Of a DNA stretch of 64,000 bases, positions 39,940 through 52,109 are shown piece by piece. This stretch comes from Octopus vulgaris (lineage: Eukaryota): NCBI GenBank assembly GCA_951406725.2, contig OX597814.1:203918001-203982000 (forward strand), in the 5' to 3' direction. The position numbers were made by a program, and so were the translations under genes. The notes beneath the pieces were generated by a model. The model made no database searches. It saw nothing but the letters and a program-made list of their open reading frames with translations, and was not told where the DNA came from. Positions within the stretch are counted from its first letter, which is position 1. Every line of letters begins with the position of its first letter.

Positions 39940-40170
39940 ACATTGCTTATGGTTAGGGTGATGGGCTCACAATCATAAAGTCTTTGTTTCAATTCCAGGA
40001 TCAAGTTGTGCATTGTGTCCTTGAGCAAGGTACTTCATTGCACATTGATCCATTCTACTCAGCTGAAAATGAGCAGCAGCTGAGTGCTAGTGCAGCTCTT
40101 TATCTCTTCAGCTGTCACATCCTTGATGTTCCGTTGGTTCAAAAGGTGAGTGCATCAAAAGGGTGACTAC
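39940..40170 (+). mobile_element. Older tRNA-derived SINE (family D)
   Basis: tggttagggtg...ttcaattcc...gtgtccttgagcaagg.acttca...actcagctg. Related copies at ~8098-8230(+), 6380-6610(-), 36720-36975(-). Confidence 0.6.
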
Positions 40171-40180
40171 ACGGCTTTAA

Positions 40181-40375
40181 TTTAACATCCTCCTTTCCAT
40201 GCCTGCAGCAGTTAGACAGAATTAGTTGAGGATAATTTTCTATGGCTGGGTGCCCTTCCTGCTGCTAATCTCCACCTGTCTCCAAGCAAGGTAATATTTC
40301 TCTGAGTGGCTGTGTAGTAAGTAGATTGCTTACCAAACACAGGGTTCTGGGTTCAGTCCCACTGTGTAGCACCTT
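40181..40375 (+). repeat. ~195-bp local duplicate of 38207-38401
   Basis: 12 mismatches by hand count and no indels. Both copies span the same chimeric SINE-B/SINE-A junction. Confidence 0.85.
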
Positions 40376-41382
40376 TGTAGCAATTAGCAAAAGCATGGTA
40401 TATGCTACCAAGTTATACTTGTCCAAGGTTTGGTTTCTATGTATTAGTAAGAGCAAATGAGAAAGTTATGACTGTTAGTATAAAAGTAGTAATGATAGTA
40501 TGCATAGGGCATATGCATGTCATATGATCTCAGGTGAGAGAGGTGGTGTATTGGAGGGATGATCATTAAGGGCTAGAGAGATCAGTTTTCAAGTAGGTGT
40601 AGCGCACACGTGTGTCATGCATATTACCCTCCATCACTACCAGTTCTAATGCTTGTTTCACTGTGCACACACAGGTGGGCAGGTCTTCTCACACACTGTC
40701 TACTGCCAATCAATACAGTCCTTTGTACTTGAAATACCTTCAGATCACGTCTTTCTTGGCCTACCTCTTTCACAAGTTCCATTCATTTTGAACATGTGGC
40801 ACTTCCTTTATGCATCTCTTCCCTTCCACCCACATCACACATCTGTACCAACAGGCAGGAGATGCAGAAGAAGGAGGACATTTGATTCTCTTATGTTCAT
40901 TTTACTTTCTCCTTCCCAGCTTAGCTAAGATCAGCTAAACATCTCTCAGAGACAATGTTATTTTACTTAAAAAGGTGTTTTTAATAGATATATACGCATC
41001 TAAAATAACAAGCCAAAAGCATGCATGTGCATGTGTGTGCACAGTGTGTGTGTGTGTGTGTGTGTGCATGCATGCACGTGCATGTTTTCTTAAAAGTTCT
41101 TAAACAGACATGTATATTTTTCAACTTCAAAAGTAATATTGCAGTCACTACAAGTCAACCATAAGGAACATGAAAGACTTTCTAATTATTTAAGAAAATA
41201 CATATTGCATCAAATGTTAAAATATATTTTAATAATACAACCAACATTTTTTTTTCTACATCAATCATCATTTCACCTTGTTAGGAGGAGTTTGAAAGCT
41301 ATAAAATTATTCCTCCAGACTTTGGGTAAGTTTGAAAAAATTGGACCACAACATTCTAGAATTTCCTTAATGTTTGCTTAAA

Positions 41383-41660
41383 CTAGCAGCAACCCATCAA
41401 CGCCTGACGATATACATGGCCACCACCCCACTATTCAGAAATAGTGAAACGCGAATGAGAACTGTCTTTAAATGCACCAGCTTTTAAAATTTTACTTAAA
41501 TAAAAAAAAAAATAGAGAAAAGCATAAAACTACATCTTCATATATTTACTTGTGACTAATTATTTTCCAAGAAATACGAAAATTATTTGAAAGCTGTCAC
41601 CTGAAAAAATCTACCCTTTTTACATTAAATACAAAATTACTTTATACTCTATATATACAT
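41383..41660 (-). mobile_element. Possible non-autonomous Helitron relic
   Basis: Minus-strand end ...cgtcaggcgttgatgggttgctgCTAG|t with a short subterminal hairpin (cgtca/tgatg). 5' end uncertain. Confidence 0.35.
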
Positions 41661-42299
41661 CTGGTGTGTATGTGTGTGTATACACACACACACATATATA
41701 TATTCTGTGTAAATATGTATATAACAGTAACTTTATTACCATCTTACATAGAATATAAAGTTACTTTCTTGAGGAATGCAAATGCTAAAATAATGGAACC
41801 AGACACTGATGGATGTAGCACAAGGAAAAATATGAAGAAAAACTACTCGTATTTTCAGTTGATATATGAAAAATATCAATTTCTGTATTAAACAAACTGC
41901 ATTAGTATGACTGGTATCAGCATCTTCTGATTGGAATCGAGGGATAAATACTAAAAGCCAGGAAAACATATAAATTCAGAGCACAAATGTAGTAATTGTA
42001 TGTTTAATTTATTTTCATATAAAACAAAAATTCAGAATATACCATTCATCACAATGTAAATGTCATCAAAGAGATGGTGAGGAGGGCTACAATGAGAGAA
42101 GAGAGAGAAAGAGGAGGAGGGATGGGGAGAGGGAGGCAGAAGAAAGTAACCTTTTGATTATTGCATATAACTCTAGGAGTTTTAAAATTATCAATTTAAT
42201 ATTTCCTAAAACAAATATAAAATTGGAAATCAGAAAGGGGAGTAAAGAAAAATATAGAAAAAAAAAAAAAATTTCAGGCAAAGAATATGTATGATTTTC

Positions 42300-42852
42300 C
42301 TGCAGACATAGCTGTGTGGTGAGAAGCTTACTTCCCAACCACATGGTTTTGGGTTCAATCCTACTGTGTGGCACCTTGGGTAGGTGATTTCTTCTTTAGT
42401 CCCAGGCTGACCAAAGCCTTGTGAGTGAATCTGGTAGGAGTCTAGGACACTTACCCACTCCCTTATGGACAATAACTCTCTTCCCAAGGACAACAGATGA
42501 TTTAAAATTTCTTAATATATTGGAGAGGGGGTAATTAACTAAGTGGGGTAATTGTCATCGGGGGAATTGTCCTATGAGGGGTAGTTGTCCTGATACGTCT
42601 GGTAGACAGAAACTGAAAGACAACCATTTTGTGTGTGTGTATGCGAATGTATGTGCCTGCGTGTTTGTTCCCCTTCACTGCTTGACAACCGGTGTTGGTG
42701 TGTTTATATCCTGGTAACTTAGCAGTTCGGCAAAAGAGGTTGATAGAATAAGTACCAGAAATAAAAAAGTGTTAGGGGTTGATCCATTCTACTAAAAATT
42801 CTTCAAGGTGGTGCTCCAGTATGGCTGCAGTCCAACGACTGATAAAAGAAAG
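42300..42852 (+). mobile_element. SINE family A carrying a 160-bp MITE
   Basis: Family A head and tail, with the body interrupted at tctggtag. Confidence 0.75.
42438..42597. mobile_element. 160-bp MITE with 8-bp TSD
   Basis: TSD tctggtag at 42430-42437 and 42598-42605. Left arm has ggacaHt..ccc repeats; right arm has inverted ggggtaattgtc repeats. Confidence 0.7.
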
Positions 42853-43401
42853 ACTTTGTATGTTTTCCCTAACCAAGAGCCTAAGACTTACCAAATTTAC
42901 CCTTTAGATTCAAATCTGAGACAAAGGTTAGGCTTCTTTCATATCAACTAAAATAAATATTTCTTCTTGTTATATTTTACATTCCTCCTCCTTTCATATA
43001 AGAAAGGAGAGAGAAAAAAATACCATTTCAGCTACTTGACTGATATAATTTCTAAATGGTTGAGGGCACCTAGTTGAAGTAGGAACTAAATATTACAAGA
43101 CTTATACAGCATCTGTCTTTGCAAATATATCTTAAGATACTTAAGAGAAAGAGAGAGGGAAACCTAAATGAGAGATAAACATTTCATAAACAAACACAAC
43201 CCTCTTATATATACGACTATCTCCTTGGTACCATTCTCTGCTGTATTACATATCTGGCCATCTTTAGATGGTTCCAGTACCACATTGAAATTTTTTCTTT
43301 GAATTGCTAACCTTTCACTCAACTCAGATCCCATTTCTAAGAAATGGTCTGTGAGTGGCCTCCCACAACCTTTCTTACAGCATAACATAACCACTACAGA
43401 C

Positions 43402-43447
<46 letters not shown>

Positions 43448-43708
43448 GCGAGAGAAAGAGAGAACAAGAACATAATCAACTTCAGTACTTGACTGAAAGT
43501 TAAACATGAAAGGATAAAACAGAAAATTGACCTCAACAGGATTTGAACTCAGATTGCATAGAGCCAGGACATATAGAGCAAGACATTTATTTGGCACTAA
43601 CAATTCTGCTAACACTAGTTTACAGAGAAATTGAGGTAAACATAAAAACAGTTAGAAAATTACTATTTTTAAATCGCACAACAAAAGATATTCACCAACA
43701 GTACTTTG

Positions 43709-44023
43709 TAGTAAAGATTGTTTGGAAACAACATGTGATTCCTGGTTTAGGACGAATGTTGCTGTAATTTAGTGCCAGGAGACATTGTCTCCAGCTGGCT
43801 AGATGACACAATCTGTCGAACAATTATTCTGTGCTGATGAAGGGAAATAACCCGGAAATTGCGATACACAGATATTGTTTTGAGCTGAGTGGGGTTGCTA
43901 GATTCCCTTGTTCAAAAATATAAGGACACAGATTGTGTTGTATAGCCAGCTGGAGACGATGTCTCCTGGGGCTAAATTACAGCAACATTCATCCTAAACC
44001 AGGACTGCAAACAATCTTTACTA
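43709..44023. repeat. Foldback element with ~100-bp inverted arms, nested in the Chapaev 5' region
   Basis: Left arm 43709-43816 (tagtaaagattgtttg...tcctggtttaggacgaatgttgctgtaatttag...ccagctggct...acacaatctgt) is the reverse complement of 43928-44023, with a few mismatches and a ~12-nt indel. Confidence 0.85.
43828..43872 (+). ncRNA. Minimal type I hammerhead ribozyme motif
   Basis: Stem I tctgtg/cacaga; core CTGATGA (43834-43840); stem II ggg-aaataa-ccc; GAAA (43855-43858); short near-palindromic stem III attgcgat; NUH triplet AUA ending at 43866. Confidence 0.7.
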
Positions 44024-44210
44024 TAAAAATAGCTGTTCTAGCCTAATTCTGGGGTGCTGGTTTCAAATACAAAATCAGTTTTCACTTGTCACCTCTAGTT
44101 TTTGAGATATACATTATTATGAATTTGTGACAATTCACGTAACCATATATACGATCAATTTTTATTTTGTTTTCCATATTTTTGTGATACATATGATATA
44201 TATCCCTACA

Positions 44211-45870
44211 ATGGCATCAGGCACTTCAAAGCACTGAGGATGCATCAACGAAGCAAATTCATTCTGCTACATGTGTGGGGATTTCACAACAGTTGCACAG
44301 CACCAAATAATTACATCCCTCCTGGGAATTGCTTATTTTCATTATTTTCACTGTAAAATTGGAGATCAGAACATATCCTGGGACCCACACACTTGTTGTA
44401 AACCTTGCTACAATGGACTAACTGCATGGTCTAACAGCAAGAAAGCATCCTTCAATTTTGCTGTCCTGATGGTCTGGAGAGAGCCATGAAGCCATGCAGA
44501 TGATTGTTATTTTTGTCTAACAAATATAACAGGTTTCAAGGATTCTTCTAGAAAAAAGATCAAATGTCCCAACCTTTCCTCAGCTATAAGACCTGTTCCC
44601 CACTCAGATGATCTCCCTGTCTCTACACTCCCAACAAATAAGGATTTTCTTCCTTCATCAGGGGAAGATTCTGCCAAGTCAATCTCTTCTGAAGACAATG
44701 TCGCTGTTTATTCATGAGCAAGTGGCAATGAGCCCCACTGGATCACACAGGAAGACCTCAATGACCTTGCCCATGATTTGTATCTATATAAAGCAGCAGT
44801 CAGAGCTCCTGGCATCCTGGTTTAAGCAGTGGAACCTGGTCAAGACAGATGTAAGGATTACCAGATTCAGAACACGAAACCAGGACTTTGCCTCATTCTT
44901 CAACATATCATAGACAATAGGTTGTGCTACTGCACAACTGTCTCTGGCTTGTTCACCTTCTTTGGTTTCCCACACAGTCCCTCAGACTGGCATCTTTTCA
45001 TAGATTCTTCCAAGCAAAGTCTGAAGGCTGTACTGCGGCACAATGGAAATAAATAGCCCAGCATTCCCATTGCTTACTCAGTCCATCTGAAGGAGTCATA
45101 TGACAATATGGAGTTCCTTTTGGAAGCTGTCAAGAACAACCAGTACCAAGACCTCAGGTCATTGGGCTCCTTTGGGCATGCAAGGGGGCTTCACAAAGTA
45201 CTGTTGCTTTCTCTGGGACAGTTGGGCTATGTCCAAGCACTACAAGCAGAAGGACTGAGGATCTAGGAGTACTTTCATGCCTGGTGAACACAGAGTTCAA
45301 GAAAATCCTTTGATGGACATGAACAAGGTGTTTCTTTCTTCTCTTCATATCAAGCTTGGTTAAATAAAGAAATTCATGAAGGCCATGGACAAAAGTGGCA
45401 CTGCTTTCCAACACTTGTGCACTCTGTTCCCAGCTCTAAGTTCAGCTAAGCTTAAGGAGGGCATCTTCGTTGGACCTCAGATCCAAGAGGTGCTGAAGGA
45501 TAAGGACTTTGAAGAGATTCTTACCTTAAAGGAACTGAGTGTGGGAAACATTTAAGTTAGTCTGCCATAGCTTCTTTGGTAACACACAGGTACAAGATTA
45601 CCAAGAGTGTACTGAGAAGTTGTTACAGTCTTATGAGGATATGGGATGCCGAATGTCACGCAAAATTTACTTTCTCCACTCCCACCTCAACTTCTTCCAT
45701 CTGAACCTCAGAGCAGTAAGGGATGAGCATAGAGAAAAGTTCCACCAAGATATTACTAAGATGAAGAGCAACTACCAAGGCAAGTGGAACCCCAGTATGA
45801 TGGGGGACTTTTACTGGATGCTCTTGTATGACATCCTGGAGGCAAAGTACACAAGATCATCCAAAAAAAA
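44211..45870 (+). pseudogene. Chapaev3-type transposase pseudogene
   Basis: Motifs spread across frames: CINEANSFCYMCG, WDPHTCCKPC, VWREP..DDCYFC, PNLSSAIRPVPHSDDLPV, SELLAS, WHLFIDSSKQSLKAVL.HNGN, LHIKLG, KEGIFVGPQI, MGCRMS.KIYFLHSHL, DEH.EKFHQDI..M..NYQGKW. Multiple stops and frameshifts. Confidence 0.85.
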
Positions 45871-47580
45871 TCTCACTTCTGTGTGTTGTACTATGATTTG
45901 TGAGTATTGTATAATCCAAGTAATTTAGTTCCATCACTGTTCTATGTCTATGCTGGGTTATTTTTCTGTAATATGCCTTTGTAACAGATGAAATAAACAC
46001 ATTATATTTTGAATTTATATGCAATATGATTAAACTAGGAAATGTGAGAGCAAAAAACTAGAGGTGATAGGGCAAAACTGTTCAGAAAATTGAATTCACC
46101 ACATCAAAATTAGTTAAAAAAAAAAACAAAAAAAAATACACCCATTCACATCCTTGCCTCAGGGCAAATAAAATTTTTGTAAACCAGTGTAATTTGTCAC
46201 TTTAATCCAAAGCCATAATATAGTAGAAAAGTTCATTTAATTAGTCCATTAATAGACACATGAGTAACACTTTCATTCCACACTTGAAATTACATATACT
46301 TGTAATGCTAGATACTAACTAACAGATTTTAAAAAACAATCCTGAAATTAATTAATAAATATGTAATCAATTTTTGATACACCTAAGCTCCACTTTTCAG
46401 CAACTAATTAAGACCTAAAATACAATTTCTGGAACATCCTTTCATAGTCAAGAAAATAATGCAACATATGGATGTTTTTGAGATTGATCACCACCAGCAT
46501 CATTTAACATTCATTTTCTAAGTTGGCATGGATTGAACAGCTCAACAGGATCCAATTAACCAAAGCCAACAACTTTATACAATGTACTGGGTGCATTTTT
46601 TTCATGACACCAATACTAGTGAGATTGCCAAGTAATTCACAAGAAGAAAAAATCAAAAAAAAAGAAAAATCACCCATCTCCATGTAGAGAGGGAGATGGC
46701 TTTGTGCCAAGTGTTGGAAGGTAAGAGTGATGGAGGAACAGGCACAGGTGTTTTGCTATAGAAGAAATACATACCACCACCCGATCCTGCATTATAAGGG
46801 CAGATTGGGAGTGGCTGGAAAAGAGTCAATGACTGGTGTGATGAGAGGTCAAAGAGTACTTCCAAGATTCAAGAAGGTGAGATTCAAGAATACAAACAAA
46901 AAATTGGGATGGGTAGGTGGTTAAATCCATTAAAGTGGGGGGGGGGAGAGTGACACCTGATTAGAAATAGGTGTAGAGGTGAATGTAGAGTATGGAACAA
47001 GGGTGGAGGTGTGGTTAATGGTAATTAGCAGTATGATTGGGAGTGGGGCACAAGTGAAAGAAATAAGGGTGGCTCAGAAATAAGGAGATAAGTGATAGTA
47101 GAGGAAGGGAGGAGAGCTGTAATATAATGTGTAGGTAGATCAGAAAATAGGGAGGTGATTGCAGGGTGAAAGAGAGAGATGTGTAAGAATAGGAAAAAAA
47201 AAGTCATGGGGATGTAGTGGGGAGAGCTATTCCCTTTACCCCAGATTTCTGATCTTGTACCAGTGTTAGAAACTATATTTTATTCTGTAAAGTGTTAATA
47301 AAATAATTCTTTGACGTTGGGAATTCAATCAATATTCAACTAATGTACACAAACACAATTGAATAGCAGACTTATCTCACAACTTTCTACTTACTGATTA
47401 GAGACGAAATTCTTTAAATTCATTAATTACGAATATTAGATTATGCAGCTTGCTTGTCCATTAACAATTGTTAGTGACACTGCTGTGTGTCTTTCAATTC
47501 ACCTACATCATATTCTAATAAATTTCCTTTAATCTCCACTCGTACATTTATATTACTTTGTTGGTATTATTTAACCCTTT

Positions 47581-47761
47581 AGAAGGTAGTGAGCTGGCAG
47601 AATCGTTAGCACACTGGGCAAAATGCTTATCGGTATTTCATCTGCAGCTACAATCCAAGTTCAAACTCCGTATAATTAAGTACCAGTTGAGTACTAGGGT
47701 CAATGTTATTGACTGTCCCCCTTCACCACAAAATTCAGTCCTTGTGCCAATAGCAGAAAGG
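47581..47761 (+). mobile_element. SINE family C inserted at a MITE terminus, 15-bp TSD
   Basis: attatttaacccttt at 47566-47580 and 47762-47776. Confidence 0.75.
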
Positions 47762-50700
47762 ATTATTTAACCCTTTTGTTACCACATTTACACTGAAGTG
47801 AACTGCTTTTGCTTCTATTAATTTGGAAAATAATGTATTTAATAAAATAATTTTGTCCTCATTAAAATGAGGTTTGTAACACAAGCATTTTGAAGGAAAG
47901 TTTTTAGATTACTTAAAAAGAGGGAATTTGTATCATCGAACCAGGCAGATTGGTAATGAAAGGGCTAAATCCTAAAAGATAATATTTTACATCTGTTATT
48001 CATAGATTATTTTTGGACCATTAACCTCATCTTAATAAAATTTGAAAGAACTATTTTTAGTATTTGACACGTTTTTCATTGGTTTACTCTCCAATCATCT
48101 TTAGGAGTCTTATTCCTGAGTATGTACTGGTCCCAATTGTCACCAGGCAATTGGGGCCAGTACATATCCACTTTTACCTTCTCTGGAAGCTGGAAAACTT
48201 CAATAAATTCAGAATTTATGTTGTGTGGTATTTAATATAGTTTTATTCACTTTTGGTAGTCAAAAACATGCCACTGGCACCTTGAGTTGTTTCTCTAACT
48301 TCATTCAAGTTATGTGCAGGGTACAAGATTGGATTTGATCAAGCAATTATTTCAAAATTAGTGGCAGTAATGCACAAGTAATTCACTATGCAACAGATAT
48401 TAAAAAAAAAAAAAATAAATAAACCTCTTTACAAATACAGACACACTAACAACATGTGGCATGTTTACACCTGCACACACTGACTGACATACACACACAC
48501 TTATCAGTATGGGTGCAAATGTTGTAGTGCTAACACTAATGTAGATGTGCAGCTATACAAGTTGATGATTCACCATCAACCTGTATAGCTGTCTTAATTT
48601 TTTTTAATACCACTCTAACTGAGACTGCTCCTGGTTCTGTGATACAAATTTCCTATTTAAAGTAATCTAACTTAAAACCTTGCATCAAAAAGTTTATGTT
48701 CCAAACCCTAACATCATAATGACAAAGTTATTTTACCAAATTCTTCATTAGTTTCAAAATTAAGTAATAACACAAAAGGTGACATATTTCAATAGAAATA
48801 TCTTGAAAGAGTTTATAGTAACATTTAAGCTTAGATATCAATGATAAGGTTTCTCCGTTTAGTCATAATGATTTGCATTTTTAAAAAAAAAGCAGAAAAA
48901 TTAAAATTTGTTACAATGTTGCCTTCTCCATGTGATTATTTCGATTAAGATACACTACCTTTGTTTTAATTTTGTAAATAATGAAAAATTTAGTAGAATA
49001 ACGTTGTCCTTACTAAGCTGGTGTTTGGAATATGAATTAACATGAAATTCTGATGCAAAGTTTTTATTTAGATCATATAGCATAGATTATTTGTGTCATA
49101 GGGCCAGAGGTGGTCTTGGATGGATTCATATCAAAAGTGTTAATATGCAAATAAAAGAAAAGGTAAGTATTATTTAGTAAAACCCAGTCTGAATTCTTGA
49201 TTATCTTGAGAACTGAAACTCATTAATTGCTTGCAAAATTGTCATAAGGGTTTAAATGAATTCTGAAGGAAAAACAACTACTGAAATGGAAAATAGATTT
49301 TCAAAGACATCCACACAGGAGCCTCCCCAACTTGCAGTAATGTTCACTCTTACATCTAAAACAAACAATCTTCACCAGAAACAAAAATAAAATGTTTGAA
49401 ACAGAATTTTAGATTTGGGAAGAAAAAGGCTGTTTTCACATCATGCACAGTAGTCTTACAACACAGGCTCATATATACACATAAATATACAAACACACGT
49501 GGGTATATAAGGTGCTGGAGAAACTTAATACACTATTATTATAGATTAGTATAGACTATTTGCTTGTTCTTTCACACTTGTCACCTGAACAAACACACAA
49601 AACCAAGAAACTAAGAGGAACAACAAACAGGGTGACTGTACCATTAGGTCTGAAAGTGTATGCATTTCTGTTGAAAGTCTGTGTGTGAATGAGCACACAG
49701 ACACACACACAAAGAACACCAACAACAGTAAAAGCTGGAGAGAACTGATATTCCAACTGTTTAGTACTGACTGAAATAAATAGTCATGGTGGCCATTTGA
49801 TTGTTTCCGCTATCATGTCTCAAATTAATAATACAACAGGACGGCAGATAAATAAATGAAACGAGTTCTCATAAATGTCAAACTTATTTTCTATTGCAAA
49901 CATTTTGGAAAGAAATAGTTTTACAATGAGGAATTGTGCTGTTATAGGTTTTACAGCAAGATATTTAACAAGACGGACAGACAGAATGCAAGAGATCAAT
50001 AGAGACAAGGACCACAAGAAAGACAGACAGTAATGTATACATAAGGTATAGAGGTAATTAGATTAACAGGTGTAATTGCAACAGAAATGTTGAGAGGAAA
50101 ATTCTGTTTTGAATTTTCACGGCAAGTATCAGTTATAATCTGACTTCAGAACAGATAATTTTTTTTTTTTAATATATAAAATGGTATATTATTAGATATC
50201 AAAGTATTCTATCATACATTTAGATGATCACTAATATTCCATGGTGTGGAGAATGGTTTTGAATTACAAAAGCAGAAGTGAATATAATCATGAGTTCATG
50301 AAAGAGTGTCTGAGGTTGTGTGGCTTTAATGACTACTATTACTCTACCACAAAGAAATTGTGTGTGTGTGTGTGTGTGTGTGTGCACATACACTGTAGGT
50401 TAACTGAATTTGTTGGTACACCATTAACTTAGCCATATATCCTCTGACATTCTCCAACTCCAATCCAACCAATCTAAAAGCACCTAGATCAAACAAAGGT
50501 CAAAAGGTTACAAGATAAAAAAACACAGAAACATTAAAAACATTTTAAAAATATCTGCTTTCTATATTATCTTACTATAGATGCATTAAACTTGACACTC
50601 TGAAGATAGTCATGCTCTGGAAAGGTTTTAGAGACATGTTCATTAAAATATGACCACGAGAAGGTTCTATAATGGACAACATCAGTTCTGGCTTCACAAT

Positions 50701-50839
50701 GTGTAAATTGAAACAGATCCAACAGTTAAATATAGAGAGCAAAAATCCTCACTACAGGACATTGAAATTTGGAAAGTTAAAGAAGAGGTTTAACCGATTT
50801 TTGGAAATGGAGTAAGAAGAGAATAGTCTGCTGAGTGTA

Positions 50840-52109
50840 CGAGGGGTGTTCAATAAGTAATACCCCTGACCCACTTGCAGTTGTTTGATCTAGCTGAAAT
50901 TTTGCATGTGCACTTATTTATACCTCTATAGATTAAGTGGCGAATTACAGCTCTGAACTAATTGCGGTTTCTGATTTACAGGTGTTTGAACTGAGTCAAG
51001 TGTGAAATGGAGCCTGTTGAGTGTCGAGCAGTGATCTCGTTTTTGTATTTGAAAGGACGCACACCACGGGAGACTTTTGATGAAATGAAAGTAACTTATG
51101 GTGATGATGCCCCATCATATGACCTTGTAAAACGCTGGCATTGTGAATTCAAACATAGTCGGAACTCTGTGGAAACAGCTCCCAGATCTGGTCGCCCCCT
51201 TCTGCCGTTGATGAGACGTCTGTCCGTCAAGTTGAGGCTGCCATTTTGGAAGGTCAACGCATAACTATTCGCCAAATAGCCCATAAGGTCAAGATTAGTA
51301 CCGGGTCTGTGTAAACTATCATTCACGACCATTTGCATATGCAAAAGGTGTCTGCCAGATGGATTTCCAGGTTGCTCACACCTTTCCAGAAGCAAGAACG
51401 CGTTGAGTGCTCGAGGATGAATTTGGAGATGTGCTAAGAAGATGAGTCAAAATTTTTCAAAAGACTGATTACGCAGGATGAAACCTGGGTCCATCACTAT
51501 GATCCAGAGACCAAAGCCCAGTCAATGCAGTGGAAGCACTGTGACTCACCTCCTTCAAAGAAGGCAAGAGTGCAGCCCTCCACTGACAAGGTTATGCTCA
51601 CAGTCTTCTGGGACCAGGACGGAGTAGTGATGACAGATTTCCTGGCAAAGGGTACCACAATTACAGGAACCTATTATGCTTCACTTTTGAGGAAATTAAG
51701 AGAAGCTATCAAAATCAAGAGGCGGGGCAAGATCAGCAAAGGCATCCTCCTACTGCAGGACAACGCTCCGGTCCACAACTCGCGTGTCGCCAGATCAGAA
51801 GCACAGGCGTGCAGCTATGAACTCCTCCCCTTGCACCCTCTGATTTTCACCTCTTCCCAGCCATGAAGTTGATTTTGAAAGGAAAGCGTTTCCCAGATGA
51901 TGCAGCCTTGATTTCTGAAGTCACGTCGTGGTTGGAGGACCAAGCTGGGGTCTTCTACAAAAACAGTCTCCAGAGCTGTATCAAACGATGGGAGAAATGC
52001 ATAACTCTGGGTAGTTCCTATGTAGGAAAAGACTAATAACTGTGCCAAGTGTCGTTGCTCTACTGCTATGGGAAGTGGGTCAGGGGCATTACTTATTGAA
52101 CGCCCCTCG
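50840..52109 (+). mobile_element. Near full-length mariner (DD34D) transposon, decayed
   Basis: TA on both sides (50838-50839, 52110-52111). 37-bp TIR cgaggggYgttcaataagtaatRcccctgacccactt with 2 mismatches. Length 1270 bp. Confidence 0.95.
51007..52036 (+). pseudogene. Mariner transposase pseudogene (resembles irritans/Himar-like subfamily)
   Basis: HTH region ...PRSGRP, KVSARWISRLL, ITQDETWVHHYDPETK, KVMLTVFWD, LLQDNAPVH, LAPSDFHLF, KRWEKCI. Two in-frame TAA stops, frameshifts, and loss of the (HPP)YSPD part of the motif at ~51830. Confidence 0.92.

Larger units (their letters stand above)
43613..46189 (+). mobile_element. Full-length decayed Chapaev3-type (CMC superfamily) DNA transposon
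   Basis: Termini TAA|CACTAGTTTACA ... TGTAAACCAGTG|TAA (12-bp TIR with 1 mismatch, 3-bp TSD TAA). Subterminal inverted repeats at ~44043-44103 and ~46052-46113 (tcacctctagttttt / aaaaactagaggtga). Transposase remnant inside. Confidence 0.8.
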
